From NCBI GenBank assembly GCA_038046585.1, contig JBBSVX010000018.1, forward strand, positions 1 through 49,618: 49,618 nucleotides of DNA. The letters are read 5' to 3'. This document shows, piece by piece, positions 18,130 through 27,768 of the stretch (position 1 is the stretch's first letter; each line of letters opens with the position of its first letter). The position numbers and the translations under genes are program-made. This stretch comes from an archaeon (GTDB lineage Archaea > Iainarchaeota > Iainarchaeia > Iainarchaeales > JAAZKV01). The notes under the pieces were generated by a model. The model saw nothing but the letters and a program-made list of their open reading frames with translations. It made no database searches and was not told the origin of the DNA.

Positions 18130-20742
18130 ATGAAAGCATTGAACATAAAGAAAATAGTTGCTCTAGGATTAGGAGCAGCTCTCGTTGGTTCAGCATTGGC
18201 TCCAGTTGTATCTGCAGCTAACGTAACACCAACAGGATTAGATAACCTAGCAAAAGACACAGTAATCGACTCAACAGGATCACCTGTAGTTGATGTTGTG
18301 GTTGGTTCAAACGCATCCGTATCGGACGTTGTTTGGGCAGGTAACATTGCAGCAAGAGTAGCACAGCTCGCAACAGTAGACGTTGCAGGCGGAGCAAGCT
18401 CAGGCGCAGCAACAGTTGACGTAACTGTTGGCGGAACATCATCAATGGCCGGAGCAGGCGAAACAGTGGAAGCATACGCTGATTTCAACGCTCAAGAAGG
18501 CAAATTAAACACTGTGACTGTATCAAGCACACAGATGCCTGCATTGACAAATACACCTGCTGCTAAAGTAAAGTTTGACAGCACATCATATACAACAACA
18601 TCAGTAAGCGAAGATCTTAATTCTTCGTCAAATGTTGGGTTCCAGAGCTCACAGGGTACATCACAGTACGCTGTAGGCGAACTGACTAACTCAGTTGCTG
18701 TTGGAAAAATATTCTATAACCTTAATTTAGGTGCAGGAATATCTATGGCTTCCTCAAGAGCAAACCTTGACACAAATACATATTTTGATGTTAAGATCCC
18801 TTGGCTCGGAAAGACATACACACTCACAGAAATAAACACGAGCGAAGACAAGCTCATATTCTATGAGTCAACACAGCCTACAACATTAAACGTTTTGGAC
18901 ACTGTAGCAATGGAAGGCGGATCAAGTTACTCCGGCAAGACATTGACAGCAGTTCTTGACAACTTGTACAAAGTGTCAGATTCAGGAAATTACAGCGCAA
19001 CATGGAGTCTAAAGGACGGAGAAACTGTTGTTAAAACAGTTAGCGTATCCTCAGGATCCACAGCTGGAGTTTTCACATCATATGATTTGAAAGATCAGTT
19101 CGGATCATCCTTCGTTAAGAGCAGCGTATTCGTTTCAAACGTAGCGCTCAACTTAGCAACAAGCAAGTACTACGCTTCAATAAGAACTGGTACTCAGAGA
19201 CTTGAACTAAGAAACGGTTATGGATATCCATACACTGGAGAAACAACAGTTGATCAAGATGCGCAGTGGAAAGTTTCATTCGAAAAGAGCGGAACTACTG
19301 TTACAAAGATCTCGCTATTGAACCAGTGGAAATACGATAAGACTACTGGAAGCGAAACTGCAACATCAAAGTACGTAATGAAAGTTGGACAGGACGTAAA
19401 CTATCCAAACGGATTTGCAGCTTTGAAGTTCAAAGGATTCCAGACAAAGACATCAACTGAAGTTCAAGTTGGATCAGTATCCGGCATAAACAACGGTGGA
19501 ATAGAATATAGAGACCTTAAAGGTACGGACATTAAAGTTCCATTCTATGTTCAGTTCGATCTTGATTTCAATAAACCAAGAAGAGCTTCAATCGGAGTAC
19601 AGGATTACACATTCTGGCTTGATACAAACACTGTAGGTAATGCTGCAGGAAGACTCTACTTCATAAAAGGAGATTACACATCAGCTCAAACTAGAACTGG
19701 TGCAACTTGGTCCTCATTCGACTTGAACTACAATAAGTTCATGGGCGGAGCAAATATTCTCCAGACTGTTGGAGTAGATTTAGGAGCAAAAACAGCTGAT
19801 GGAGTTGTTGATGACATCAACTATGTATTAATAGCAGATGACACAAACGACATGGCTGTATTGGCACTACAGGCTCAGTCTTTCAATATATATAACAAGG
19901 CTAAGACTACAAAGCCAGTACTAACATTAGCGGACACAAACGCATACGCAGGAAATTCTGCATATCCGTTCTATTTCCCGAACACAACAGATTTCATGAA
20001 CAGAATCTACACTGCTGCTGGGGTATATAACTCAGACAGATATCTAGCTGCAGCTCTTACATACAAGGATAACAACGGATTGAGCGATGTTAACATGTAT
20101 ATAAGAACAGGCGATTCAGGAGTAGTATGGAATTATGAATCCATAAAGAGCGCAACCAATGCAATTATACACGGCCCTACAAAGGACGGAGTATACGCGC
20201 ACTGGACATCAGCAATCAGAGACGGCTCTGATTACTTCAAAACTGCATACACAGTTGACGGAACAATGGTAACTTCGGACAACTCCAAGTTCACATTGAC
20301 TGTTCCTGAAGAACAGAGACTTGTAGAAGTGTACCTCGGATCGACAGCCACAACAACAAAGGCTATCGGCGGAGAAGCACTAACTGGCATTGCAAAAGGT
20401 GCTAGCAAGTCAACAACTGGCGGAACTACTGTAACAGTTGACGCAATAAACGGCGTTGCTACAGGTTCAGGCGTTGAAGTGGTTGCAGTTGGTAACCTCG
20501 TTAAGACTGACGCATCAGCTAGATACGGCAAGTCAATAATTGTTGGTGGATGGGTTGTAAACTCAGCTGCTAAGAACTTGCAGGTAGCTAACGATCAAAC
20601 TCTTGAGAACCTCCTCTTGAGCGACGGCGACTATGTTGCTGCTGTTCTTGAAAGCGGAAACCTCGTTGTAGCTGGTAAAACAGCTGCTGACACAGGTATG
20701 GCTGCTCAGGCATTGATCAATGCTCTTGAAGGTCTAATGTAA
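18130..20742 (+). CDS. S-layer protein (Methanococcus-type S_layer_N/S_layer_C)
   Basis: Signal peptide MKALNIKKIVALGLGAALVG, VVVGSNASVSDVVWAGNIAA, C-terminal IIVGGWVVN and LVVAGKTAADT..AA..LI; Thr/Ser-rich, several N-x-S/T sequons; distinct codon usage. Confidence 0.93.
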   Translation: MKALNIKKIVALGLGAALVGSALAPVVSAANVTPTGLDNLAKDTVIDSTGSPVVDVVVGSNASVSDVVWAGNIAARVAQLATVDVAGGASSGAATVDVTVGGTSSMAGAGETVEAYADFNAQEGKLNTVTVSSTQMPALTNTPAAKVKFDSTSYTTTSVSEDLNSSSNVGFQSSQGTSQYAVGELTNSVAVGKIFYNLNLGAGISMASSRANLDTNTYFDVKIPWLGKTYTLTEINTSEDKLIFYESTQPTTLNVLDTVAMEGGSSYSGKTLTAVLDNLYKVSDSGNYSATWSLKDGETVVKTVSVSSGSTAGVFTSYDLKDQFGSSFVKSSVFVSNVALNLATSKYYASIRTGTQRLELRNGYGYPYTGETTVDQDAQWKVSFEKSGTTVTKISLLNQWKYDKTTGSETATSKYVMKVGQDVNYPNGFAALKFKGFQTKTSTEVQVGSVSGINNGGIEYRDLKGTDIKVPFYVQFDLDFNKPRRASIGVQDYTFWLDTNTVGNAAGRLYFIKGDYTSAQTRTGATWSSFDLNYNKFMGGANILQTVGVDLGAKTADGVVDDINYVLIADDTNDMAVLALQAQSFNIYNKAKTTKPVLTLADTNAYAGNSAYPFYFPNTTDFMNRIYTAAGVYNSDRYLAAALTYKDNNGLSDVNMYIRTGDSGVVWNYESIKSATNAIIHGPTKDGVYAHWTSAIRDGSDYFKTAYTVDGTMVTSDNSKFTLTVPEEQRLVEVYLGSTATTTKAIGGEALTGIAKGASKSTTGGTTVTVDAINGVATGSGVEVVAVGNLVKTDASARYGKSIIVGGWVVNSAAKNLQVANDQTLENLLLSDGDYVAAVLESGNLVVAGKTAADTGMAAQALINALEGLM

Positions 20743-20756
20743 ATAGTTTAAATCAT

Positions 20757-20803
20757 TGGTTGGTGGTGGCCTTTGGCCACCATCAATCATTCCTTTTTTT
20801 TTT
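20757..20803 (+). terminator. Hairpin plus T-tract terminator of the S-layer gene
   Basis: 15-bp stem tggttggtggtggcc/ggccaccatcaatca (2 G-U pairs) followed by T10 at 20794-20803. Confidence 0.85.
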
Positions 20804-20882
20804 ATCTAAAAAATCTCTAATTTCTAGTCAGTTTTCTAAGCACTTAATCTATTTTATATAACTTTTGCTCCAAATCTTGTCT

Positions 20883-21599
20883 ATGGCAGCAAAAGAAAAG
20901 ACAAAAGAAGTCAAAGAAACAAAAGTTGAAGACAATGTTGAAGTTATAACTGATGTTAAAGTGGCTCATAAGTCTCATGAAAAAAAGTCAAAACAGAAAG
21001 ATTACACCCATTTACTAATAGCCGGCGTAGCAATAGTAGTTCTAATTGCCGCAATAATATTTGTTATTTCAATATACGGTTCATGCAGATTCTCCTTTGA
21101 AGTTGAAGGGGTAAAATACTGTTCGGACTTATACACTCCTACTGAGTTTTTTGAAATGTTTCGGCAAGAAAAGGCAATATTTATTTCTCCAAGGATGACG
21201 GAGAACGCAGCAGATCCATTTTTAGTGAACGCGATGAATCTTTGGCTTGTTGTTCTTAACGCAAATGGAATAAACACGACCCAGCTTATCAGGGTGGATA
21301 ATCCTGCAGGCACGATGGCTTATTGTTATACAAATTTAGGTGATTTCAACGTGAGCCAGCAGATGCCTCTAGAAGAATGCAATAAAATTTTGGGCGATAA
21401 GAATAATGTGTTCGTGTTTATTGATAAGAGTTCTTCGAATGAAGCCTTCCTTTCAAATAAAAGAATAGAGATAAGGTACGCTAGCTCTGCCGAAGCGGGG
21501 AAGGTAAACTTTTCTGTGATAAAGCAGGCCTTTCCAAATGCCCAGCGGGTAATAGACATCATTAATGAGAAGATATATGGTGTTAATGCCGGCTCTTGA
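20883..21599 (+). CDS. Hypothetical membrane-anchored extracytoplasmic protein
   Basis: Charged N-terminus, one TM helix, Cys pairs; TATA ~25 nt upstream of ATG 20883. Confidence 0.72.
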   Translation: MAAKEKTKEVKETKVEDNVEVITDVKVAHKSHEKKSKQKDYTHLLIAGVAIVVLIAAIIFVISIYGSCRFSFEVEGVKYCSDLYTPTEFFEMFRQEKAIFISPRMTENAADPFLVNAMNLWLVVLNANGINTTQLIRVDNPAGTMAYCYTNLGDFNVSQQMPLEECNKILGDKNNVFVFIDKSSSNEAFLSNKRIEIRYASSAEAGKVNFSVIKQAFPNAQRVIDIINEKIYGVNAGS

Positions 21600-21632
21600 T
21601 GGGCCTTTTTCTTCTAAAAAAGGTTTTTTGAA

Positions 21633-22598
21633 ATGGAAAAATATCTAAAGTACAGTCTAATCCTATTGACACTTCTTTTTGCTGGACTTACTGGCGTAGC
21701 AATATTGACTAACGCTCTTGAAACAATAGTAAAAGCCAATATATTTTTTCTTGCAGCATCAAGCATATTGTTTCTCGTGTCCATAATGTTTTGGATAATT
21801 CCTTGGGCATTATTGATAAAGAAGAACTCAAAGTTTTCGATGCTTTCAGCAATAGTTCTAGGATTTTCTTGCGTTTATGGGGCACTTACTCCTGTTCAAG
21901 TTGGTGCAGAAGCATTGCGGGCAATAAAAGCCAAAGACATATTGAAGGTGTCTTATTCTGAATCGATTTCAGCAGCGATGGTAGTCAAGGGCATAAAGTT
22001 CTTTTTACTTGGCCTGCTTTCTTCAGGAGTACTTTTGCTGATACTGGTTGAAACTGAGCTTTCTCCAATAATGCTTTTTGGATTGCTTTCAGGATTCGTT
22101 GTGATTGCGCTTGCTTCAGCGCTTTTCCTTTTGCCGATGAGCAAGAGAATGGGCGATTTGATTTCTGACATATTTTCAAAAATTGCGAAAGTAATTCCAA
22201 TATTCAAGGTTCTTGAGAAATATTTCAGAAATTATTCGGCTTATCTCAAAAAGATTTCGCTTGGAACGCTCATCGCTGTATTTTTGATGGCTAGCGCATC
22301 TTTTGCGCTTGAATTTACCGCGCTTTTATTTGCATTTTTTGCGCTAGGAGTAAATATTGACATAATTCCGCTTACGGTGTTGTTTGTAATAATCTCAATA
22401 CTTGAAAGGACTCCCGTTCTTCCAAGGGGATTAGGGTTAGTAGAAGCCGCAGGATTTATTTTCTTGTCAATTCCTGATTTTGCATTAGTTTTGCTTACGA
22501 CAAGCCAGATTGGCGCGATACTTGTGCTGTTTGATGTTGTGCGATTAGTTGTTCCAACATTATTTAGCTTGGCCGTTTCATTAATCAAGCTAAAATAA
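21633..22598 (+). CDS. UPF0104/lysylphosphatidylglycerol-synthase TM-domain protein (putative flippase)
   Basis: LTPVQVGAEALRA and PVLPRGLGLVEAA motifs, multiple TM helices. Confidence 0.85.
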   Translation: MEKYLKYSLILLTLLFAGLTGVAILTNALETIVKANIFFLAASSILFLVSIMFWIIPWALLIKKNSKFSMLSAIVLGFSCVYGALTPVQVGAEALRAIKAKDILKVSYSESISAAMVVKGIKFFLLGLLSSGVLLLILVETELSPIMLFGLLSGFVVIALASALFLLPMSKRMGDLISDIFSKIAKVIPIFKVLEKYFRNYSAYLKKISLGTLIAVFLMASASFALEFTALLFAFFALGVNIDIIPLTVLFVIISILERTPVLPRGLGLVEAAGFIFLSIPDFALVLLTTSQIGAILVLFDVVRLVVPTLFSLAVSLIKLK

Positions 22599-22628
22599 AA
22601 GATCTTTCAAAAAAAGTGCTTCTTAAGT

Positions 22629-23615
22629 TTAAATTAATTGCAAGAACTTGAACAACAATAGCCAAAATATGCTGTTTGCCAGTACAAAGCACCAGATAAT
22701 AATTACTATTTGCCATTCGTAAAGCGGCCCGTGAATTTTCATTACTAGTTTTGCAAAATCAAGTTTCTCTTTCTTGTCAGGATATTCTGGGATTGTGAGC
22801 CTTCCGTTTTCAAGTAATTTGTAGGGCCTTTGCTTGTGCTGTGAAGCATCTTTTCTGTTTGTTATCATCTTCAGCAAAAAGAAATCAATCATGTGGGGGA
22901 TAAAAAGAACAAATATGAATATGACAAACAGTATGTCTTGCGAATAAAGCGCAAGGCCTGCAATTGTTGAACCTATTAGAAGTGTTCCGCTGTCTCCTGG
23001 GAAGGCTTTTGCGGGGTATCTGTTGAACATAAGCAGTCCTAGTATTATTGCTGCAAGGCCGGTGTAGATGAATCCTAATTGGGTGTTAAAGGAGAATGCA
23101 GCGAATGCGATTATTGAGGTGATGATAAAGCTTGATCCTACCGTCCAGCCATTTAGCCCTTCAAAAGTGTTTGAAAAGCTTGCAAGGCCAGCAAAGAATA
23201 GTGCTAGTAGTACTACAAGCAGCACTCCTAGGATATCTACAGGTGGAAATAGCCATCCTGCTAGAAGTAGCGAAGTAATGGCGATTGGAATGGCTCTTTC
23301 TTTCCAACCCATCGGTTTTGAGAGAAATTTGTGCCTGTTGTCGTCAAGAAAACCTATTGCGGCAAATACTGTGATTGCTACTCCCACCCCAATCAAGCGC
23401 AAATCAAATCCGAACAAAAGCTGACAAAGCACTATTAGAAGCCATATTGGGACAATTAGTATTCCTCCGCAACTTTCGGCTACGAGGGGAGATGGATGCT
23501 TGTTGATATCATTTCCCACAATCTTTTTTGAGAAGTTTCTCTTAGAAACGAGGTGCACTGCCATTAATGAAACAGCGAATAATCCTATGGTGTACGCTGC
23601 GTTTTCAAAGCCCAT
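22629..23615 (-). CDS. Glycosyltransferase family 4, UDP-GlcNAc:dolichyl-phosphate GlcNAc-1-P transferase (AglH/GPT-like)
   Basis: GNDINK...VAESCGG, IGFLDD, NTFEGLNG, FNRYPAKAFPGDSGT. Confidence 0.9.
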   Translation of the reverse strand: MGFENAAYTIGLFAVSLMAVHLVSKRNFSKKIVGNDINKHPSPLVAESCGGILIVPIWLLIVLCQLLFGFDLRLIGVGVAITVFAAIGFLDDNRHKFLSKPMGWKERAIPIAITSLLLAGWLFPPVDILGVLLVVLLALFFAGLASFSNTFEGLNGWTVGSSFIITSIIAFAAFSFNTQLGFIYTGLAAIILGLLMFNRYPAKAFPGDSGTLLIGSTIAGLALYSQDILFVIFIFVLFIPHMIDFFLLKMITNRKDASQHKQRPYKLLENGRLTIPEYPDKKEKLDFAKLVMKIHGPLYEWQIVIIIWCFVLANSIFWLLLFKFLQLI

Positions 23616-23696
23616 GCTATCAAATAATTATTAGATTAACTCTAATTTAATCTTTCGGTTCAATCAAAATCAGCAAAAATAAAATCATTCACAGGG

Positions 23697-24947
23697 TTAC
23701 ATTATGTCTTCTTTTAAGAGTTCTCTTAAAACGGTTGTGGCGTAATTTCCTTTTGAAAGGAAAAATGATATCTTTGCCTTCAATTTGCCTTCGTTGAATT
23801 CGTCCTTGTCGATTTCTAAGAGCTTGAAGTTCTCTGTTTTCAGCACAAATGATTTTCTTGAACCCTGGCTTGAGAGTTCGCTCATTCCAGCTACCTTAAA
23901 ATCTTCAAACTTGGTTTTTTCGCCTTCAAGCACTCTTCGTTCAATTTCTCCAGCTTTCCCTTCAGCAAATTTGCTTTCATATCCTGCCAAAAGGCCACTA
24001 GGTAGGCCGTTTTCAAGCACATCGCCATCAATCGCTTCGATGGCCCCTGTGCCGAATTCTTTTATTCTTTCTTCTAGCATCTTGTTGAACAAAAAGCTTT
24101 GATAAGAGTGGACAAAAAGATAGCGCATCTTTTTTGGCAAGACTCCTATTGCGCCAGCAAAATCATTAGGGTTTCTCAAGAGATGATTTAGCATCGCTCT
24201 TTCTTGTCTTGCATCTATTGGGAATTCTTTCAGCGCCTTTTTTACGTCAAGTGTTTTTGCGAAATTTATTCTTGCGTTTTTTATGTCTTCTTTTTCAGAA
24301 TAATATGTGTCGGTGAGGTAAAGCATCACGGCTTCCTTATAGTCTTCTTTGAGGAGGACTTTTCCCACTCGGTGGGTGATTTGTCTTATTCCTCCAAATC
24401 GCTGGTTTCCAAAAAAGTTTGGCAGTCCTTTTTCTGCTTGCTTTGAAAATGCTTCGATGATTCTTCTTGTTTCCTCTTCAGTTTCAGAGATGTCTCTTAT
24501 TATTATAACAAAATTATTTCCTTTAAGTTCTCCGAGTTCAATTCTTTTGTCGCTCCATTCAGGGTGCCTTATTTCTATCCCTCTCATCCCGAATTTTTCT
24601 ACGCGTGCCGGATCAGGGTCGAATATGCTTATTCTTTGGCAAGTTATTCCTCTTTTGTCCTTGAGCCCCGCATAGCCAATTCTGGTTTTGCTGACATTTA
24701 ACCCTCTTGATATTTGCGCTACCGCTGAAACCGTGTCAATGTTTATTTTTTCAAGATCAAGAAGCAAATGCTCTTTTTTTTCTTTGGGGATGTACATTGT
24801 TTGCTTGTCTCTTTGTTCAAATGCCCTATCATAACGTTCCACTCTGCAAATTTTTCCGTCAAGAAGCACTTCTTCTACAATGAAGTCAGAGTAGCGCTGC
24901 TTTACTTTTCCCTTTAGCGCGGGGGTTATTGTTATGAATTGTGTCAT
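23697..24947 (-). CDS. truD: tRNA pseudouridine(13) synthase TruD
   Basis: DFIVEE, GYAGLKDKRGITCQ, GELKGNNF, PNFFGNQRFG, HSYQSFLFN, KGNYATTVLREL. Confidence 0.96.
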   Translation of the reverse strand: MTQFITITPALKGKVKQRYSDFIVEEVLLDGKICRVERYDRAFEQRDKQTMYIPKEKKEHLLLDLEKINIDTVSAVAQISRGLNVSKTRIGYAGLKDKRGITCQRISIFDPDPARVEKFGMRGIEIRHPEWSDKRIELGELKGNNFVIIIRDISETEEETRRIIEAFSKQAEKGLPNFFGNQRFGGIRQITHRVGKVLLKEDYKEAVMLYLTDTYYSEKEDIKNARINFAKTLDVKKALKEFPIDARQERAMLNHLLRNPNDFAGAIGVLPKKMRYLFVHSYQSFLFNKMLEERIKEFGTGAIEAIDGDVLENGLPSGLLAGYESKFAEGKAGEIERRVLEGEKTKFEDFKVAGMSELSSQGSRKSFVLKTENFKLLEIDKDEFNEGKLKAKISFFLSKGNYATTVLRELLKEDIM

Positions 24948-24969
24948 AAAAATAATTCGTAAATTTAAA

Positions 24970-26226
24970 TTAGATTTTGTATCTTAATAGTGCGCCTATT
25001 CCGCCAAATCCGTTATAGAACTGCTGGCCTTCCGGGGTTTCCGTGCTGATTACTCTTACAGTTGCCCCTACCGCTTTTGCTTTTTCCATCATATAATCCA
25101 AGTAATCTATTTCTTCAGTGACTTCAATTTTTGAGTCGCATTTTGAACATCTGAGTTTTTCTTCTTCGTAATTTGTCGGGTCTTTTATTATTTCGATTTC
25201 TTCGTTGTTGCAGTGCTCGCAAACTTTTCTAAAAACAAGCCACGGGATGTCTTCCGAGATTATGAGGGTCGAAATTCTTTTTTCATCTATCGCCTGCTCA
25301 ACTTCCCTTTGCCCGTAAGTTGCAAGTCCGTTCTTTGCAACTTCTTCTAAGAACTTATTTATTATCTGTCTTTCTCTCATAAGATCAGTGTCTTTTAGAA
25401 TTTCTTCGCTCTTATGAACCATTTCTCTTATTCCGCCTTCGTCAGTATAAGCTATGTCGAGTACTCCTATGACTCTTTTTGCGAGTTCGTGATGAAGTGA
25501 CTCTTTTTCGATAAAGTAGTTTTTGGTTATTCCCGGACCGCCAATTATTATTCCTTTTATTCTATCGATGTGGGGCAAAAAATATGCGTTGAATTTCTCG
25601 GAAGCTCTTTTGAAGTGGTTTTGCATCGCTTCTTCTCTTAGTCTTTCAAATCTTTGGGCTGATTGTCCCCCGGCCCTGGTTTTTCCGGGTACTGCTGAAG
25701 TGAAGTGGCCTAGTATTTCATATTTCTTTCCTGAGAGTTGTGCGATTGTAGCTTCGTTTTTGTCTATTGCGAGTAGTGCGTAGAAATCATTTGGAGCAAG
25801 CATCTCTTTTAGATAATCCGTGTGGAATGTTGAGTCGCACCAGTAAAGCTTTACCTTGAGCGGTTTTACTGGGGTAATCGTGAATAATCTTATGTCGCTT
25901 CTTCCTTCATGCTCGGATATGTTCCCTGCGAATACTACTATTCCGTTTGTAGGGAGTTTGAAGTTGATTTGCTTTAAGAATCCAATTATTTTCCTTAGTG
26001 CGCCTTGCACGTTCTTCCTTACTGAAGGGCTCTTTATGTTACCACTTTGGTTGATTTCTTCGGAAAGAGTGCCCATTACGGTGCTTCTATCAGTTCCGGG
26101 GGGGATGTACTGCGTGATTAGCTCAGTGTGCCTGCCTCTAATGGCTTCAAGCATTTTCAGCTTTTTTTTGAATACTGCCATTTCTGCTTCAAGTATCGGG
26201 TCATCTAGTTGCTTCACGACAATCAC
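24970..26226 (-). CDS. prf1: Peptide chain release factor aRF1
   Basis: NIKS, YWCD, GGQSAQRF, FGGIGALLRY; CxxC..CxxC mini-domain. Confidence 0.97.
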   Translation of the reverse strand: MIVVKQLDDPILEAEMAVFKKKLKMLEAIRGRHTELITQYIPPGTDRSTVMGTLSEEINQSGNIKSPSVRKNVQGALRKIIGFLKQINFKLPTNGIVVFAGNISEHEGRSDIRLFTITPVKPLKVKLYWCDSTFHTDYLKEMLAPNDFYALLAIDKNEATIAQLSGKKYEILGHFTSAVPGKTRAGGQSAQRFERLREEAMQNHFKRASEKFNAYFLPHIDRIKGIIIGGPGITKNYFIEKESLHHELAKRVIGVLDIAYTDEGGIREMVHKSEEILKDTDLMRERQIINKFLEEVAKNGLATYGQREVEQAIDEKRISTLIISEDIPWLVFRKVCEHCNNEEIEIIKDPTNYEEEKLRCSKCDSKIEVTEEIDYLDYMMEKAKAVGATVRVISTETPEGQQFYNGFGGIGALLRYKI

Positions 26227-26342
26227 TTAGGAATCTATTTAAAGGAGTTAATCCTATTAATTTCGGCATCGCAACGTTAATAAATGCTTGATATTTTTCA
26301 AGGCAAAATTGACGCTTTTGCGGCGGTTTAAGGTGATTTTGA

Positions 26343-27230
26343 ATGTTTGATCTGTTCGAGAAGTGGGATGGCACCCCTAAGGCTGAAGGCTCGGCGACGC
26401 AATCAAATGTTTCTTCATCAAACTCTTCATCTTCATCGGCATCATCCTCGACTTATGATCCTTACGCAACACTTGGCGGATCATCAACACCATACTCATC
26501 CCCTGCTTCAAGCAAAACATTTGTTTTGAGTGTCGGCGGAAGCGTTTTTTTTAACGAAAAGTTTAGGGCGCCAGAGATTGCAAAATTTTGCGATACAATA
26601 AACGAGCTCAAGCGCGAAGGTTGTCAATTCGTTCTCGTAATAGGGGGCGGAAGAGTTGCAAGAGTTTACCAAGCAGGTGCAAAGGCCCTTGGAGCAAATA
26701 ACTTTGATCTTGACGAAGTTGGAATTGCAATATGCAAGGCTAATGCTTTGATGTTCACACATACAATCGAGAATGTTTGGAAAGAGATTCTAGATGACCC
26801 AAAAAAAGCAGAGAATGTTATGCTTCTTGGCAAGACTCCTGTGTTTGGGGGAACAACTCCTGGGCAGACAACTGATAGTGTTGCAGCAATAATTGCAGAA
26901 ATGCTTAATGCTGACTTCATTAATCTCAGTAATGTTGACGGGATATATAGCGCTGATCCTGCTAAAGAGCCGGGTGCAAGAATGTACAAGGAATTATCCC
27001 ATACAAAGATGCTTTCGCTCTTAAAAGCCCAGGCTTCAAAACCCGGCGCGCATGTTTTTGTAGATCCTCACGCAGCAAACATTTTGTACAGAAGCAAAAT
27101 AAGGTCGCATTTTATCAGCGGAACTGATATTGATAATTTCAAATCGGTTGTGCGAGGAAATTTGGATTACAAAGGGACAATTGTTCAGACAATTAGTGCT
27201 TCCGAAAGTGCAGCTGAAGAATCAGAGTAA
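26343..27230 (+). CDS. pyrH: UMP kinase with Ser-rich N-terminal extension
   Basis: VLSVGGS, VIGGGRVARVY, GGTTPGQTTD, NVDGIYSADP. Confidence 0.93.
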   Translation: MFDLFEKWDGTPKAEGSATQSNVSSSNSSSSSASSSTYDPYATLGGSSTPYSSPASSKTFVLSVGGSVFFNEKFRAPEIAKFCDTINELKREGCQFVLVIGGGRVARVYQAGAKALGANNFDLDEVGIAICKANALMFTHTIENVWKEILDDPKKAENVMLLGKTPVFGGTTPGQTTDSVAAIIAEMLNADFINLSNVDGIYSADPAKEPGARMYKELSHTKMLSLLKAQASKPGAHVFVDPHAANILYRSKIRSHFISGTDIDNFKSVVRGNLDYKGTIVQTISASESAAEESE

Positions 27231-27235
27231 TTTTT

Positions 27236-27706
27236 TTAGAAAATAGTAGTTAACTTGTAGTCGTCGTATTTCTTTTTCCCGGTAAGTCGCTTTTCCATTG
27301 GAACGTGCGGGATGCCGGCTTCCATGAATTCTTTGCCGCTGACTTCATACCCTAACTTTTCATAAAATCCTTTTGCATGGCTTTGCGAGTGCATCGTTAT
27401 CTTTTCCAGCCCTTGAGCAAGCGCTTCTTTTTCAAGGGCTTTAACTATCTGTTTGGCTATTCCTTTTCCCCTGAATTCTTTCAGAACTGCGAGTCGCTGG
27501 AGCTTTCCGTTTCGTCCAATGAGTGTAAGCCGAACGGTTCCGGCAGGCACGTCGCCCTCGAGTGCGAGGAAATGGATTGCGGCATCGTCTTTGCCGTCGC
27601 GCTCAAGCTCTTTTGGGACTTTCTGCTCTTCAATGAAAACAATCTGTCTTATAGAATAGCATTTTTCTTTTCGGAGCGCGGTTTTGCAGACGATTACTTT
27701 TGCCAT
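27236..27706 (-). CDS. GNAT N-acetyltransferase (ElaA/YjcF-like)
   Basis: IRQIVFIEEQ.VP..LE.D..D, RLAVLKEFRGKGIA, HSQ..AKGFYEKLGY, FMEAGIPHVPM. Confidence 0.92.
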   Translation of the reverse strand: MAKVIVCKTALRKEKCYSIRQIVFIEEQKVPKELERDGKDDAAIHFLALEGDVPAGTVRLTLIGRNGKLQRLAVLKEFRGKGIAKQIVKALEKEALAQGLEKITMHSQSHAKGFYEKLGYEVSGKEFMEAGIPHVPMEKRLTGKKKYDDYKLTTIF

Positions 27707-27768
27707 CTCATCACAATGCGCAGTCAGTAGACAACCACTAGCTTATAGTTGTCATATTTCTTTTTTCC
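27236..27768 (-). repeat. Diverged 45-nt direct repeat forming the 3' ends of both the GNAT gene (27236-27280) and dph2 (27724-27768)
   Basis: GKKKYDDYKLTTIF* versus GKKKYDNYKLVVVY*; 25/30 nt identical over the first ten codons. Confidence 0.8.
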
